This document shows positions 24,340 to 41,951 of a stretch of DNA of 64,000 bases, one piece after another. Numbering within the stretch: the stretch's first letter is position 1; each line of letters begins with the position of its first letter. Under the pieces are notes generated by a model. It searched no databases, was not told where the DNA came from, and saw only the letters and a program-made list of their open reading frames with translations. The position numbers and the translations under genes are program-made. The stretch covers positions 62,001 to 126,000 of the forward strand of contig NIVC01000493.1 of assembly GCA_002269645.1 (NCBI GenBank). The letters are read 5' to 3'. This stretch comes from Macrostomum lignano. Its lineage: Eukaryota.

Positions 24340-26400
24340 ATGGGCTGCGGACAAAGCGCTGTTGGCCCGAAAACTGGCGACAGCAACGGAGTTGGAGCGG
24401 TCGGCAACTGCGCAGCTGACGATTCGGTCAGCGTTGGCGATGTGCCAATCTCTACCGCGAACAGGAAGAAGACGGGCGCAACGAGCCCCGTATCAAAGTC
24501 CAGCCAGAAGGCGAAGACAGAAAAGGCGCTCAGCAATAGCGAGGTCAGCCTGAAGTCAGCCGTGCTAATCCAGAAATGGTACCGTCGGTACAAGGCTCGC
24601 CTAGAGGCCAGACGACGAGCTGCCTGGGTCGTCTATCAAAGCATCGAGTACTCCAGCGAGTCAAGTCAGCTACACCTGCACAATTTCTTCAATGACATGC
24701 TGCGCCTGGGCATGGAGGCCGAGGGCGGCGGCGGCGGCGGGGGAGGCGGCTTTGCTCAGCGGCTTCGTCAGAGCGACGGTGGAGCCCACGACGAGCGCGA
24801 ACTCCTCGATCGGACCGGTTTTGAGAGCATCGAAGTGGAGAAGTCGTACTCAGGTCCTCACCTGACCTTCCCTCTGAGCGCGAGTCACATAAAAATGATG
24901 ATCGACTCATTCGGACAGGGCGGACAGCTGCACGCGCGCTACCTGTTGCAGCTGCTGCATGAGACTCGGCTAGCCTTACAAGCAAGGCCCAACATCTATC
25001 AGGCCAGCACGAGCATCTCCAAGCAGATGACGGTGGTTGGAGACCTGCACGGCAAGCTCGATGATTTGCTGCTCGTGCTGTACAAGAACGGCCTGCCGGA
25101 CGTCACCAACCCGTACGTGTTCAACGGCGACTTCGTGGACCGCGGTCCGAATTCTGTGGAAATCGCTGCGCTTTTGTTCGCCTTCCAGCTCGTGTGGCCA
25201 ACCGCGGTTTGCGTCAACCGCGGCAACCACGAAGATCACGTGATGAACTGCCGCTACGGGTTCATTAAGGAGGTGCAGAAAAAATATCGACAAACAGCCA
25301 ACAAGATTGTGCAGCTGTTCTCGGACGTATTCGCTTGGCTTCCCCTGGCAACAGTGATTGACGAGCGCATCCTGGTGGCTCACGGCGGCATCTCGGACAA
25401 GTTGGACCTTGAACAGCTCGGTCATCTGGACAGGCACAAATATTTGTCAGCTTTGCGACCACCTCATTCAGAGGGCGGAAAGGTTGACTACCTGGAATGG
25501 CGCCAGGTACTCGACCTGCTATGGAGCGATCCAAAGACTCATTCAGGCTGCCGACCAAATACATTTCGCGGCGGAGGCTGCTACTTCGGGCCGGATGTCA
25601 CGGCGAGCTTCTTGCGTCGAAACAAGCTCACTATGATAGTTCGTTCGCATGAATGCAAACCCGAAGGCTACGAGTTTGACCATGGCAACAGCGTGCTGAC
25701 GATCTTCTCCGCCTCCAACTACTACTCGGAGGGCAGCAACCGGGATGCCTACGTCAGGTTCAACAACAGCGGGCAGCTGCACACCGTCCAGTTCTCAGCA
25801 AGCAAGAATAATTTAGTGCCGCAGGGTCTTCAACTGTCAAGTGTCGAGGACGGCGCTTTGCGCAGCCTTCGAGCCAAGATTGCCGCGACCAAGACACAGC
25901 TTGTGGCGGCCTTCAATCAGTTGGATCCCGACAAGACGGGCTGCGTTAGCGTCACCCAGTGGTGCACCGTGATGGAAGCGGAGATGAAGCTCAATCTGCC
26001 GTGGCGAACGCTGCGACCTCAGCTTGCTCAGCTGGCGCCAGACGGGCGTCTACTGTACATGTCGACCTTCCAGCGAGCCACCGTCCAGCACCAAAGCGGA
26101 CGTTCAGCCGCCGAACCGGATGCTTCTATGACGGAAGCTGTGTACAAGAACAAGGAGGAGCTGGAGACCATCTTTCGCATTATGGACCGCGACAGCAGCG
26201 GTCAGATCAGCCTGCAGGAATTCGAAGAGTGCTGCCGCATCCTGTGCCAGGCTACGCAGCGCAATCTGTCCGACTCGGAAGTGACAGACATGGCCAAGGC
26301 AATGGACCTCAATAGCGATGGCAACATCGACTTCAACGAGTTTCTAGAAGCATTTCGCATCGTGGAGTTTCAGTGCAGCGACATTCCGAGTGGCGATTGA
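24340..26400 (+). CDS. PPEF: EF-hand Ser/Thr phosphatase PPEF/rdgC, copy 2, intronless (686 aa)
   Basis: MGCGQS N-terminus (myristoylation/palmitoylation type), IQ motif, all PPP catalytic motifs and two EF-hands. Confidence 0.95.
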   Translation: MGCGQSAVGPKTGDSNGVGAVGNCAADDSVSVGDVPISTANRKKTGATSPVSKSSQKAKTEKALSNSEVSLKSAVLIQKWYRRYKARLEARRRAAWVVYQSIEYSSESSQLHLHNFFNDMLRLGMEAEGGGGGGGGGFAQRLRQSDGGAHDERELLDRTGFESIEVEKSYSGPHLTFPLSASHIKMMIDSFGQGGQLHARYLLQLLHETRLALQARPNIYQASTSISKQMTVVGDLHGKLDDLLLVLYKNGLPDVTNPYVFNGDFVDRGPNSVEIAALLFAFQLVWPTAVCVNRGNHEDHVMNCRYGFIKEVQKKYRQTANKIVQLFSDVFAWLPLATVIDERILVAHGGISDKLDLEQLGHLDRHKYLSALRPPHSEGGKVDYLEWRQVLDLLWSDPKTHSGCRPNTFRGGGCYFGPDVTASFLRRNKLTMIVRSHECKPEGYEFDHGNSVLTIFSASNYYSEGSNRDAYVRFNNSGQLHTVQFSASKNNLVPQGLQLSSVEDGALRSLRAKIAATKTQLVAAFNQLDPDKTGCVSVTQWCTVMEAEMKLNLPWRTLRPQLAQLAPDGRLLYMSTFQRATVQHQSGRSAAEPDASMTEAVYKNKEELETIFRIMDRDSSGQISLQEFEECCRILCQATQRNLSDSEVTDMAKAMDLNSDGNIDFNEFLEAFRIVEFQCSDIPSGD

Positions 26401-27789
26401 CAATAGCGTCATGTTTCGCTTGATGCCTTGAGCTGTAAACACCGGCATTGCATAGATAACTGTTGAGCAATGCTCCATTCGTGGTACTTTTCGAATTGTA
26501 AGACTATTTCAGTATCCGTTTACTAGAACTTGCCTAATTTGCTGAGCACTTCAGATTTCTATTGATAAATAGTGATAACCTGATTCCTGCAGTCACATTT
26601 AGGCCGTGCACCCACCAAATCGCAGCTGTAAACAATGACGATAGTCTTTGGAAAAAAAGGTCGCTGAAAAGTTCACGAAATAGGAGAAGTGCATTGAACT
26701 CACGCATTGCATTGAGATTAGGGGAGGCTAAGTTGGCGGGCTCAGGTGATGCTTTGGATACCCACGAAGCCACTAGGGAGATTACATTGGCTTTAGCACC
26801 GGATTGACATTTTCAGTGTCGTTGTTGGACCATTTGCGAATTCTGCGAGTTCAGAGCACCTTCTCAGATTCGAAAAAAACTGTTTTGTTTATCTTCTTCA
26901 GCCGCGGCCATTAGAAGACAGCTAGAAGACTGATGATCATGCACAGATGCGTCATAATTATCTTCAAGAGGGCACCCAAGCTACGCACCTGATGAGCAAA
27001 AAATGCTCATAGATCACGGTTTGGTGACTCAGTTCCACGATAGTATTCACTCTGCTCCGCCTCTCTATGCTATTCTTTGTGCAACAGAATGAGTTATCTT
27101 TCACTTGTCCGTTTTAAAACAATTGGCGCTTCTATTATTGGACTATTTTTTCTCTTTATTCACGATCTCTCGACTGCAAGCCTCGGTTTTGTACATCATC
27201 TAAGAATTGTACTATTTTTTCTAAGTTATCAAAATTCTCAGTCTTGTGTGTATCCGCCTATATTAAACTAAATTTTACAACAGATGGTTGTGCAACTGTA
27301 CGCTCCTACTAACTGATTTCTTTCAAGTTCTTTTTAATTTGCCTGGCTTATGAATTTTGGGAACGGGAGAGCAAGGACTGTTTGGGGTACGCCTTGCCTG
27401 TGCCTGCATCCGAGCTCCATGGTAACAAGACAAGCAAAGCAGAAATTTAGGGAAAGAAGAAGGGGAAATGTGGGACAGGTGCTTCTGGCTGCCCGCGACA
27501 AGAAAGCACTTTTAATATAAATGCAGAAAACATATTTCCACTGAGACACTACTGCTGCACAATAGGCCAGGAAACCTACCAACCAGCCTCTTTAACATTT
27601 TCCTCCATTTTTTCTTAAGCTGTTGCTTTTGTGGCTCTGAAAGCGGCCATCAAAGCGGCCTTCGGTTGCTCGGGACAAGAAGCGAGTTGGGGGGGGGCAG
27701 CAACAGGTGGGGACACTTTCATCGGAATGCACTAGAATAGGAGCAATGAGATGGACAGGGCAGACAGACACTGACACTATAGGAAACTA

Positions 27790-28272
27790 AGGCACTCAGA
27801 CAGGCAATAAAGACATTCATACAGGCACTAAAGACACTCAGACAGCCCTTAAGACACTAGGACAGACACTAAGACACTCTGACAGACACTAAAGACAATC
27901 ATACAGGCACTAAAGACACTCAGACAGCCCTTAAGACACTAGGACAGACACTAAGACACTCTGACAGACACTAAAGACAATCATACAGGCACTAAAGACA
28001 CTCAGACAGCCCTTAAGACACTAGGACAGACACTAAGACACTCTGACAGACACTAAAGACATTCATACAGGCACTAAAGACATTTATACAGGCACTAAAG
28101 ACACTCAGACAGCCCTTAAGACACCAGGACAGACACTATGACAGCCCTTAAGACACCAGGACAGACACTAAGACACTCAGACAGCCCTACAGACACTAGG
28201 ACAGACACTGAAGACACTCAGACAGGCACTAAAGACACTAGGACAGACTCTTAAGACACTCTGACAGACACA
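27790..28272. repeat. About 82-bp higher-order tandem repeat built from GACACT sub-repeats
   Basis: GACACTCAGACAGCCC recurs at 27833 and 27915 (period 82). About 3 clean units plus degenerate flanks. Confidence 0.8.
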
Positions 28273-29150
28273 GTAATCATTTGTAAGCAATAACTCTCGC
28301 CAGCAAAGAAGACTGATTGAATTCGAATGAAAGAAAGACTTATTTTATAGTTAACTTTTGATTTTTTGCAATTTCCCTTCAAACCTTCTCGAGCAAATCA
28401 TCAGCATTTATTTCTTAATAATAAAGACAATACCAGTAATAATATATGGTTGGATAATGTAATGCATATTAATATGAATGGTCGTGTGCGAGAGCCGGTC
28501 AGAGAAAACAAGGAAAGCGGCAATGTTGGGGGAGGGGCGATGAGAAATCAGGACTTTTGAGTTGAGGCGGTGGCCGCCATGGTGTTAAAAAATCAATTGC
28601 AAAAATCCAATTTGGACAGACAGTAATTAAGTCAGAGAGTGCCAGCCCTGTGAATACGCAATTCAGGGACATCCTTGATAACCCTTGCAGAGAACTGGCT
28701 CATGCTGAGTCCAGGCAAATACACAATCAAAAACTTGAAGTACGAGATGCCAAGCAAGAGATCTCAGAAAATCACGGTGGTCTGTTCTTCTAATGAGCAC
28801 AAAAATGCAGCTAGTAAGAAGCTGAGGCAGGAAATTTGCAGGAAATATCTTAACCCAACCCACATGAACTGCTGAACTTGGCAATAACACTTCAGTTCTA
28901 ATATTATCGGTGAATAATGAAAAATCTGCTTAAAAGCACTCGCTCTACTAATAGTAGCGAGCTAAGATTCATTTCAAGCCAGAATATCAGCAGACTGAAA
29001 CTCTGTAGAGTCGGAACCATGGGCTTACTTGGCTGTGAGCGGGCCGCTCACGCTGGACCAGTTCAAGTTAAAGACGGGAAGGTATTTGGCGGACAGCAGA
29101 AATCACTTGTCAGCATCTGCACTGTCCGCTTGTGCGCCTTGGCTCAAAGT

Positions 29151-34060
<4,910 letters not shown>

Positions 34061-34414
34061 CTGAATGCCAAATTGAGAGGTTGAGAGTAAAGACAGGTGG
34101 ATGACAATGGTGATTCAATCAAATCAACACAATAGGATGAAGATAGTAAGGGACTGTGGTAGAGCCAGAATGACATGGAGTGACTGTATTTTAGCAGAAA
34201 ATTAAAAGAATATGAGTAGCAGGTATAAATAAAGTAACTCATAAGATCCTTCGTTGCTAAAGACAGAGAATGAGCGAGAGAGAGAAGGGGGAGAAGAGAA
34301 AAAGAGCACGAGTTAGAGGGGCAAGGGAGAGGGAGAGAGGCAGAGAGAGGGGAAAGAGAGGGAGGGAAGGGAGAGAAGGAAAGGGAGAGGGGGAGGGAGA
34401 GGAGAAAGAGGGAG

Positions 34415-34612
34415 GGAGAGGGAGATGGGTAGAGGGAGGGAGGATAGGAGAGGGAGATGGGTAGAGGGAGGGGAGATAGGAGAGGGAGATGGGTAGAGGG
34501 AGGGGAGATAGGAGAGGGAGATGGGTAGAGGGAGGGGAGATAGGAGAGGGAGATGGGTAGAGGGAGGGGAGATAGGAGAGGGAGATGGGTAGAGGGAGGG
34601 GAGATAGGAGAG
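34415..34612. repeat. Purine-rich 32-bp tandem repeat within a polypurine tract
   Basis: GATAGGAGAG recurs at 34443 and 34475. About 5-6 units inside a G/A-rich block at about 34260-34750. Confidence 0.85.
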
Positions 34613-35844
34613 GGAGCGGGGAAAGAGGAGGAGCAGAAGAAGAAGAGAAGGACAAGTTGAGAGTGAAAGGGAGAGAAGGAGAGGAGAGGGAAATGCAGAT
34701 AGGAGAGAGGGGGAGAGGGAGAAGGAGGGAGAGTCGGGGATTAAGAGGGGGGTTGGTTGGTAGTAATTTTCAGAAGCTAAAACACAGTTTCATCTGTATC
34801 AATCAATTAATTTTTATTACAGACTTTCTCGAAACTAAAGCAGTTAAAACCGTTGTTGAAAAAGTACAAAAGATTTCGGCGCAACTCACAATTCGCCTGG
34901 CTGCCGCAGCAGCTGCTCCCTGAATCGAATCCAGGTCTGCTTGAAGGAGTTCAACGCTTAGAGATAGTAATGATGGGGTCGACCAGAGCCTCAACGCTTC
35001 AATACCTGGGATTTTGGGTGGTTAGGCAGTCCAGCAACGAGATCAGGATTAGCGCAGGGATGCTGGGCGCAGTGCTATAGATAGGGGAGGTGAAGTTAAC
35101 CCCAGCAAATCTGAGTTTGGCTAGCCGCGGCGCCCCCCCCACGCACTGGAGACTCAGTGGGCGGGATTGGGGAGCAGTAGGAAGGGACACGGGCTGGCTG
35201 GAGTAGGTGGGGCAGTGCAAAGTGCACACTGAGGAGTGAGTGAGTACATTGTCATTGAGTACGACCGCTCTGCAGGGCAGGAGCCTACCGCCAATATATG
35301 CGTATTATTGATTTTTTCATGCGAACTGGCGTACCTCCCTCGCTCCGTGTCTCTCTCTCTGCCTGCCTCTCGCGCACAAGTGCTCTCTTAGTCCTCCTAT
35401 CCACTGCCAGTCAGTAAAAGGCTGCGCAGAGTATCAAGGGGAGAGGCGCTCCTCTCTGTTCTATGTAGGGAAAGGGATTGAATGGGAGACTGCATCTACA
35501 AGCAGTTCTGTACAGGGCAGAATTGGCCTGCCGCTCCAAGCAGCAGCAGCTGATTTCTGTTTATAACAAAACAAACTGATACCAATTTTACAAGACTGCT
35601 ACTATGGGATAATATGCTGTGGGATGAACTACGCTGGTTATTATGCAGCTCAAACAAAGTCATGCAGGCTTACCCGACGGCAAAATTGATCGGCTGATTG
35701 AAATAAGCTACAAGTCAATAATTCCAATTGGCTGAAAATGCTGTCGACTCTCTGAAAAAATAGATGCCTATCGTAAATTGTCGGACCGCCCGAAACTCTT
35801 GTCTATGGCCAAAGTTGGTCAATTAAAATGCTAAAATATTTAGT

Positions 35845-35968
35845 TTGTGTGAGCGTGTGTATGAATGCGTGCCTGAGTACAGTATTGGCGGGCTTGTGCA
35901 TGTGCTCAGGACTCAGCTCGGAATGTGCAGAGTTGCCGTCAGCGCTGGTCGTGGGACGATGTCGCCAA
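35845..35968 (+). mobile_element. SINE family A, 3' fragment (copy 3)
   Basis: Matches the reverse complement of about 14670-14795 (GTGTGAGCGTGTGT...CAGTATTGGCG...TGTGCTCAGG...TTGCCGTCAGC). Confidence 0.75.
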
Positions 35969-36651
35969 AAGACAAAATTAGTTTCCAGAAATAAACAACA
36001 TCATATGCTTTGCTTTCCTTATCTGTTAACTAAGGATCCTTTTCCTTTTTCAACAAATTATGTCCGGACGAGACTACTTACTACAGTAGTCTAATTAAAA
36101 AAAAGTTTCGTATTTATTATATATTAGTTTAAACCAATACTTACATAAGCAGCTTGTAAAGTTGTAGAACGATTTCTCTATACTATTAATAAAAATCAGG
36201 GTAGTTTTTGGTCGATAGAAACTAACAAAAATAATTTTATGGCAACGCGCATACAAGTAGTGAGCCAGCTGTGGAAGATCCTATTGAGGAAGTCTGAGGC
36301 CAGGTTATACAGCAGTACAATAGCGATTATATAAAAACTTAAGTCAGTTACTTGCCATAAGAGTAATGCGCACGTATAATAAATATGCTAAAAATCGCCT
36401 TAATTATCATTCGTACGTAATATGAAAAATAACCTTGTTAACTGATGCTCTGACAGAAGTTAACCATTTCGCTATCAAACTAAAAAACTCATTGATATCC
36501 AACAGGAACTCTTTATACTACTAATAGCGACATGGAATTATAAAATTATTTGATTGACAGGTCAAGGTATTTATAAAGGACGCAAAATACGCATTTGTTA
36601 AGACGACGTCTATGAAGAATTGCTTCAGTTTTAAAACCTTCAATGCGTCTC

Positions 36652-38581
36652 TCACTGCAGATCGGCGTCCGTGATGGACTCGCCTTTGTACTGCGAGTGC
36701 CGGATGCCGAAGCTGAACGCTGGTGTGCCTCGCTTTGTCTTGTAATAGCCCTGCAATCGAGGGTTTGGTTTTGTTTGGCTTGCTAGGGTGCGCGTGGTGG
36801 AGGAGGGGTGGGTGTTTTGATAAGCCAATGATAGACAGCGGAGGAGGGTGGGTGTTTTGATGAGCCAATGATAGACAGCGGATGAGGGGTGGGTGTTTTG
36901 ATGAGCCAATGATAGACACAGTGGAGGAGGGGTGGGTGTTTTGATGAGCCAATGATAGACAGCGGAGGAGGGTGGGTGTTTTGATGAGCCAATGATAGAC
37001 ACAGTGGAGGAGGGGTGGGTTTTTTGATGAGCCAATGATAGACACAGTGGAGGAGGGGTGGGTGTTTTGATGAGCTAATGATAGAAATACACCGGAGGAG
37101 GGGTGGGTGCATGCTCGCAGCATAACAGATTAGCAACATTAATCAAACAGACTCACAGTCTCAGGCGAGTGGGCTCCAGGCCCCGGCTTGGTGGTGCTGT
37201 CACCCGGCATGGAGTTGCGGCTGGTCATGCTGTAGGCTGGCGGCGTGCTCTTGTACTTGCCGGGCGATGTCACGCTGTAGGCGCCTGGGCCCGGCGTCTG
37301 AGCGAGAAATGTTTTTCGAGCGATACGATAGGCTAACGTAGCTTTAAATTACTCTATGGTTTTATGGTATTACTGAGTTTTCAATGCAACCGATACGCAC
37401 CCTTTGCAGGTCCTCGTGGAATCCGCCGACTTTTGACCGGCCAACCAAAGTGTAGCTCGGCGCCGCTTTTTTCTCGCTGCGCAGTGTCTTGCCCAGCATG
37501 GGGTCCGGCGTGTACGCGTTGGGTCCTGCGGGTTGCGAATATTGTTAACCAGTTAGGTAAGCAACCAGTAGAGAGCTTGGCAGGGATGTGGATAGATTGG
37601 TAGGGATGTGGATAGATTGGCAGGGGTGTGGATAGATTGGCAGGGATGTGGATGGATTGGTAGGGATGTGGAAAAGTAGGTACGAGCTAAAGAAATAATG
37701 ATGAACAAGTAGGGAAGCAACCGGTAGGGAAGCAACCGGTAGGGAAGCAACCGGTAGGGAAGCAACCGGTAGGGAAGCAACCGGTAGGGAAGCAACCGGT
37801 AGGGAAGCAACCGGTAGGGAAGCAACCGGTAGGGAAGCAACCGGTAGGGAAGCAACCGGTAGGGAAGCAACCGGTAGGGAAGCAACCGGTAGGGAAGCAA
37901 CCGGTAGGGAAGCAACCGGTAGGGAAGCAACCGGTAGGGAAGCAACCGGTAGGGAAGCAACCGGTAGGGAAGCAACCGGTAGGGAAGCAACCGGTAGGGA
38001 AGCAACCGGTAGGGAAGCAACCGGTAGGGAAGCAACCGGTAGGGAAGCAACCGGTAGGGAAGCAACCGGTAGGGAAGCAACCGGTAGGGAAGCAACCGGT
38101 AGGGAAGCAACCGGTAGGGAAGCAACCGGTAGGGAAGCACTGCTGCAAGTGACGAAGGCCAGTCGAAGCAGGCAGTCTCACCGGGGGTGTTGTCAGTGCG
38201 GAATTCCATGTGGCGGACGCCGAAGCTGTAGGCCGGTGCCTTGCTGTAGATCTCCTTGTTGGTGTTGTCGGTCTTGTAGGCGCCGGGTCCGGGCGCTGAG
38301 AACATTGTACCGTCCTTGGGGCGGCCGTACAGCGAGTACTGCGGCGTGCCATCTTTGCCGTCGCGGAAAATTCTGGCGCCGGGCAAATAGCAAGGTCCCG
38401 GGCTCGAGTCGTCTCTGAACTTTCCGTGTCGAATGCCGAAGGGGTAGGCGGGGCCGCGGGTGTGCACGGAGCGGGGGTCGTGGTGCGGCTGGCCCACCAG
38501 GCCGGGCAGGCCGTACTTGGGGCCCGGGCTGCTGTACATGGCGGCTACGGGACCGCGCGGCTTCGTGTAGTTGTACACCAT
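36652..38581 (-). CDS. ODF3: ODF3/SHIPPO-1 (PGP-repeat) ciliary/flagellar protein; exons 38581-38182, 37525-37401, 37297-37157, 36750-36652; 254 aa
   Basis: Repeated SPGPKY, SPGPCY, PGPGAY, TPGPNAY and PAYSFGVRH motifs; begins ...RGPVAAMYSSPGPKY. All introns are GT-AG with consistent phases. Confidence 0.9.
36798..37107. repeat. 40-43-bp minisatellite (GGAGGAGGGTGGGTGTTTTGATGAGCCAATGATAGACAGC) in ODF3 intron 3
   Basis: About 7 units visible. Confidence 0.9.
37572..38138. repeat. ODF3 intron 1 arrays: 20-bp repeat (about 37572-37670) followed by a near-perfect 15-bp repeat GGGAAGCAACCGGTA (about 37711-38138, about 28 copies)
   Basis: Direct inspection. This explains the spurious LLPYR and CFPTG ORF repeats. 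Confidence 0.95.
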
Positions 38582-40574
38582 GGCTGCGTTGGTCGATGGC
38601 TACCTTCTTGCTGAAACGTTATCAATCGCTATTTATAGGTTAGTATTCAGCATCGTCAGACGCTTTCTTCCAAATTTTATTTTTGCAAATTTTTAAAAGT
38701 CAATTTACAGACACAACTTATCCATACTAGAACACAATGCTATATTTGGAACTCCAATACTGTTTTGGAGTTGATCTAGAAATAAATGTATATTTATAGG
38801 TAAAGTTCTATACAATAAAAACATTTTTCTACTTTCACGAAGAAATAATTCCTTAATTTGTAACAAGTACGTTCGCCCAAAAGATAAGTCGATTTTTTAT
38901 CTAAAAAGACCATTTCAATTTCGGGATTAAAATGAAAAAAATCTTATTTAAGGTAAACCATAAATCAAAATCAGAATCAGGAGTGTCTAAGAAGGTAAAG
39001 AAATACATTGATGAATGCTATAAATATTTTAGGACACATATCAACTAAATATATTACAACCTTCAATCATACTGTGTAAAAAGTATTTGATATTAATACA
39101 ACAAATGGAAGTCGACCCGCTGCTGTGTAATTCTATCGTATATAAAAATTTATCCAATTAAAACTATCAAGGCGTAAAATATTTTATATTTTATATATTT
39201 TATAGTCTTGTTTAGGAACAAGACTCAAGATATGTTTTAATCCAAAATATGTGATTGTTGATGCAATGAAGTTAATTGGTTAACGAAAGTGAGATAAAAT
39301 ATTTGAAAGTTATCGAATGCCATGACAACTAAATTACAGAACACGATTTTTTCTTACAAAACTATCAATGTTTTAAATTTTTCTTTGCAATCGGTGTTTC
39401 AGATATTTGTTTGCGCATCTACTCCCTGATTTACTTTTAATTTGTTTAAATATTATCTTGGTAAAAATACGATTACGGAAAAAATACAAGCACAAGGTAC
39501 AGTTTTGGAATAAAGGCCAAATTGGCCTCCAAAAATTACGGTACATGATCTTTGAGTTTAATGTCTCCTTATACTACAGTGGTCCTGGTTCCGATTTTAT
39601 ACAAAACATTTAGATTTTTCGCGGGTTTCTTCCCAGCCCAGAAGTAGTAAAGTCAAATTTTATTCCAAGCTAACAGCAAACTTTCGAAATCGGTCAATCT
39701 CTTACAGTTAGTTCATATTCAGCTCATATATAGAAATAAAAAAATATTTACACAGCTATAAAGAAATATAAATTTAAATATTAACTATTCTAGGTACATA
39801 AGCACGTGTAGCACATAAAACAGAAAAATCAATAATAAAACGATTCATTGCACAATAAATGACATGCATTTATGACAACATTTATGTGTACATGTACGTA
39901 AACAGCACAATAGAAATTTTTTTAAATATTTTGGGTTTTTTACTAATCAGAGTGAAGACTTTTTAGGCACTGTTTTAACATTTGCAACTAAATTTTTCGA
40001 CTTTTCTTAAATAAAATTTTCCATAGTCGAAGTTTCTCAACGGTTTTTTACTAGAAGAAATTCGAAGCGCAAGTTGACTAATTGTATCCGCTTCAAAGAC
40101 TGAGATGCACCTGTTGTCGTCCTTTTCTATGAGCACGACTTGAGTGCTTGTATATCGATCATAATAGGCACATATCGGCTTTTCTTTAATTGCGAAGCTT
40201 GCAAAATAAGTGAAATCCACTCGGTGACAGCCTCTCGGTGCTGCATGCCTAAAAGCCAGTGCCGCGGATGTACAGACAGATGCTGAGAAAAGCAAGCTTT
40301 TAGTTTTAATTATACCAGCAAGGCCGCATGCATTGGGTCAGGAAAACCTGATTTAATCCATCTAAAGCAACCAGAGAGCGCAACTAGGACTGTATAGACG
40401 GCATTTCAACTGACGCACGTTGATTAAAGCCACTGTTGTTAATCAGGCCGTGTTTAATTAAGCCAACGCCTAGAAAATTTCACCCGAAAACTCTGGGATT
40501 AAGAGATTTTTCTGCCTCGCTTCCAGCCTAGGCCTAAGCATTCGAATTCGAGTAATAATCTCCTTTTTAGCAGA

Positions 40575-40702
<128 letters not shown>

Positions 40703-41390
40703 TCACCGCATGCCCCGATGTCAGCCTTGCTGCAAGGAACGGGGACGTCACAGACATCCAAGTCTGTGGAGAGGCACCTGGAAGCTGCTGTCCACGAAGG
40801 AGCTGCTGCTGAGGGAGGCACTGTATAAGAGCCTCGCCAGGAAGTCGCGCACCAGGCTTGGTGGAGGTTGAATTTCGTTACCCAGGGGCATCACGTGGAG
40901 GTCGACCGCTAGTCTCCGCCGCCGCCGCCGCTGCTGCTGCTGCTGCTGTATTAATATTGTTTCTTCTAGTACTTCTATTACTGCAGCCTCCCCTAGACAA
41001 CTCAACGCCCACATGCAATACAATAGAAGGGATTGCTGTTCAGAGAAATCGCCAATTAGTGGAAGATAACTCCATCCGATTAGTGAGGATTTTGCGCCCC
41101 GAGTGCACACTTCTACTCTTCAATTTCGACCAAGATAGAAAAATGCCGGGTTCCTCATTCGAAGGGTGAATTTCTCAAGACACAGGGACTAACTGAGCTT
41201 CCTTTTGCCCTCTCAAATTCTACTAAGAATGAGCATCCCAATTTCAGTTTATCCTCGAGCACTCGCTCTCTCAGAAGGCCCTGCCGATCAGCTGGGAGTG
41301 GGAATGAAGGCTAAAAACTCTCGATTTTTCCCTGCGTTTTCGTAAAAAGCACTTTAAGCTGTTGTTGAGCTGCCGAAGAAGTTTCATCCC

Positions 41391-41951
41391 AAGTCTATCC
41401 CATACCCTAGTCTATCCCATACCCTAGTCTATCCCATACCCTAGTCTATCCCATACCCTAGTCTATCCCATACCCTAGTCTATCCCATACCCTAGTCTAT
41501 CCCATACCCTAGTCTATCCCATACCCTAGCCTATCTCATACCCTAGTCTATCCCATACCCTAGTATATCCCATACCCTAGTCTATCCCATACCCTAGTCT
41601 ATCCCATACCCTAGTCTATCCCATACCCTAGTCTATCCCATACCCTAGTCTATCCCATACCCTAGTCTATCCCATACCCTAGTCTATCCCATACCCTAGT
41701 CTATCCCATACCCTAGTCTATCCCATACCATAGTCTATCCCATACCCTAGTCTATCCCATACCCTAGTCTATCCCATACCCTAGTCTATCCCATACCCTA
41801 GTCTATCCCATACCCTAGTCTATCCCATACCCTAGTCTATCCCATACCCTAGTCTATCCCATACCCTAGTCTATCCCATACCCTAGTCTATCCCATACCC
41901 TAGTCTATCCCATACCCTAGTCTATCCCATACCCTAGTCTATCCCATACCT
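41391..41951. repeat. 17-bp minisatellite (CTAGTCTATCCCATACC), about 32 copies
   Basis: CTAGT at 41407, 41424 and 41441 (period 17). Confidence 0.95.

Noticed and set aside
37553-38181. LLPYR/CFPTG repeat extension of ODF3
   Set aside because: Read-through past the GTGAGA donor at 38181 into a 15-bp intronic array.
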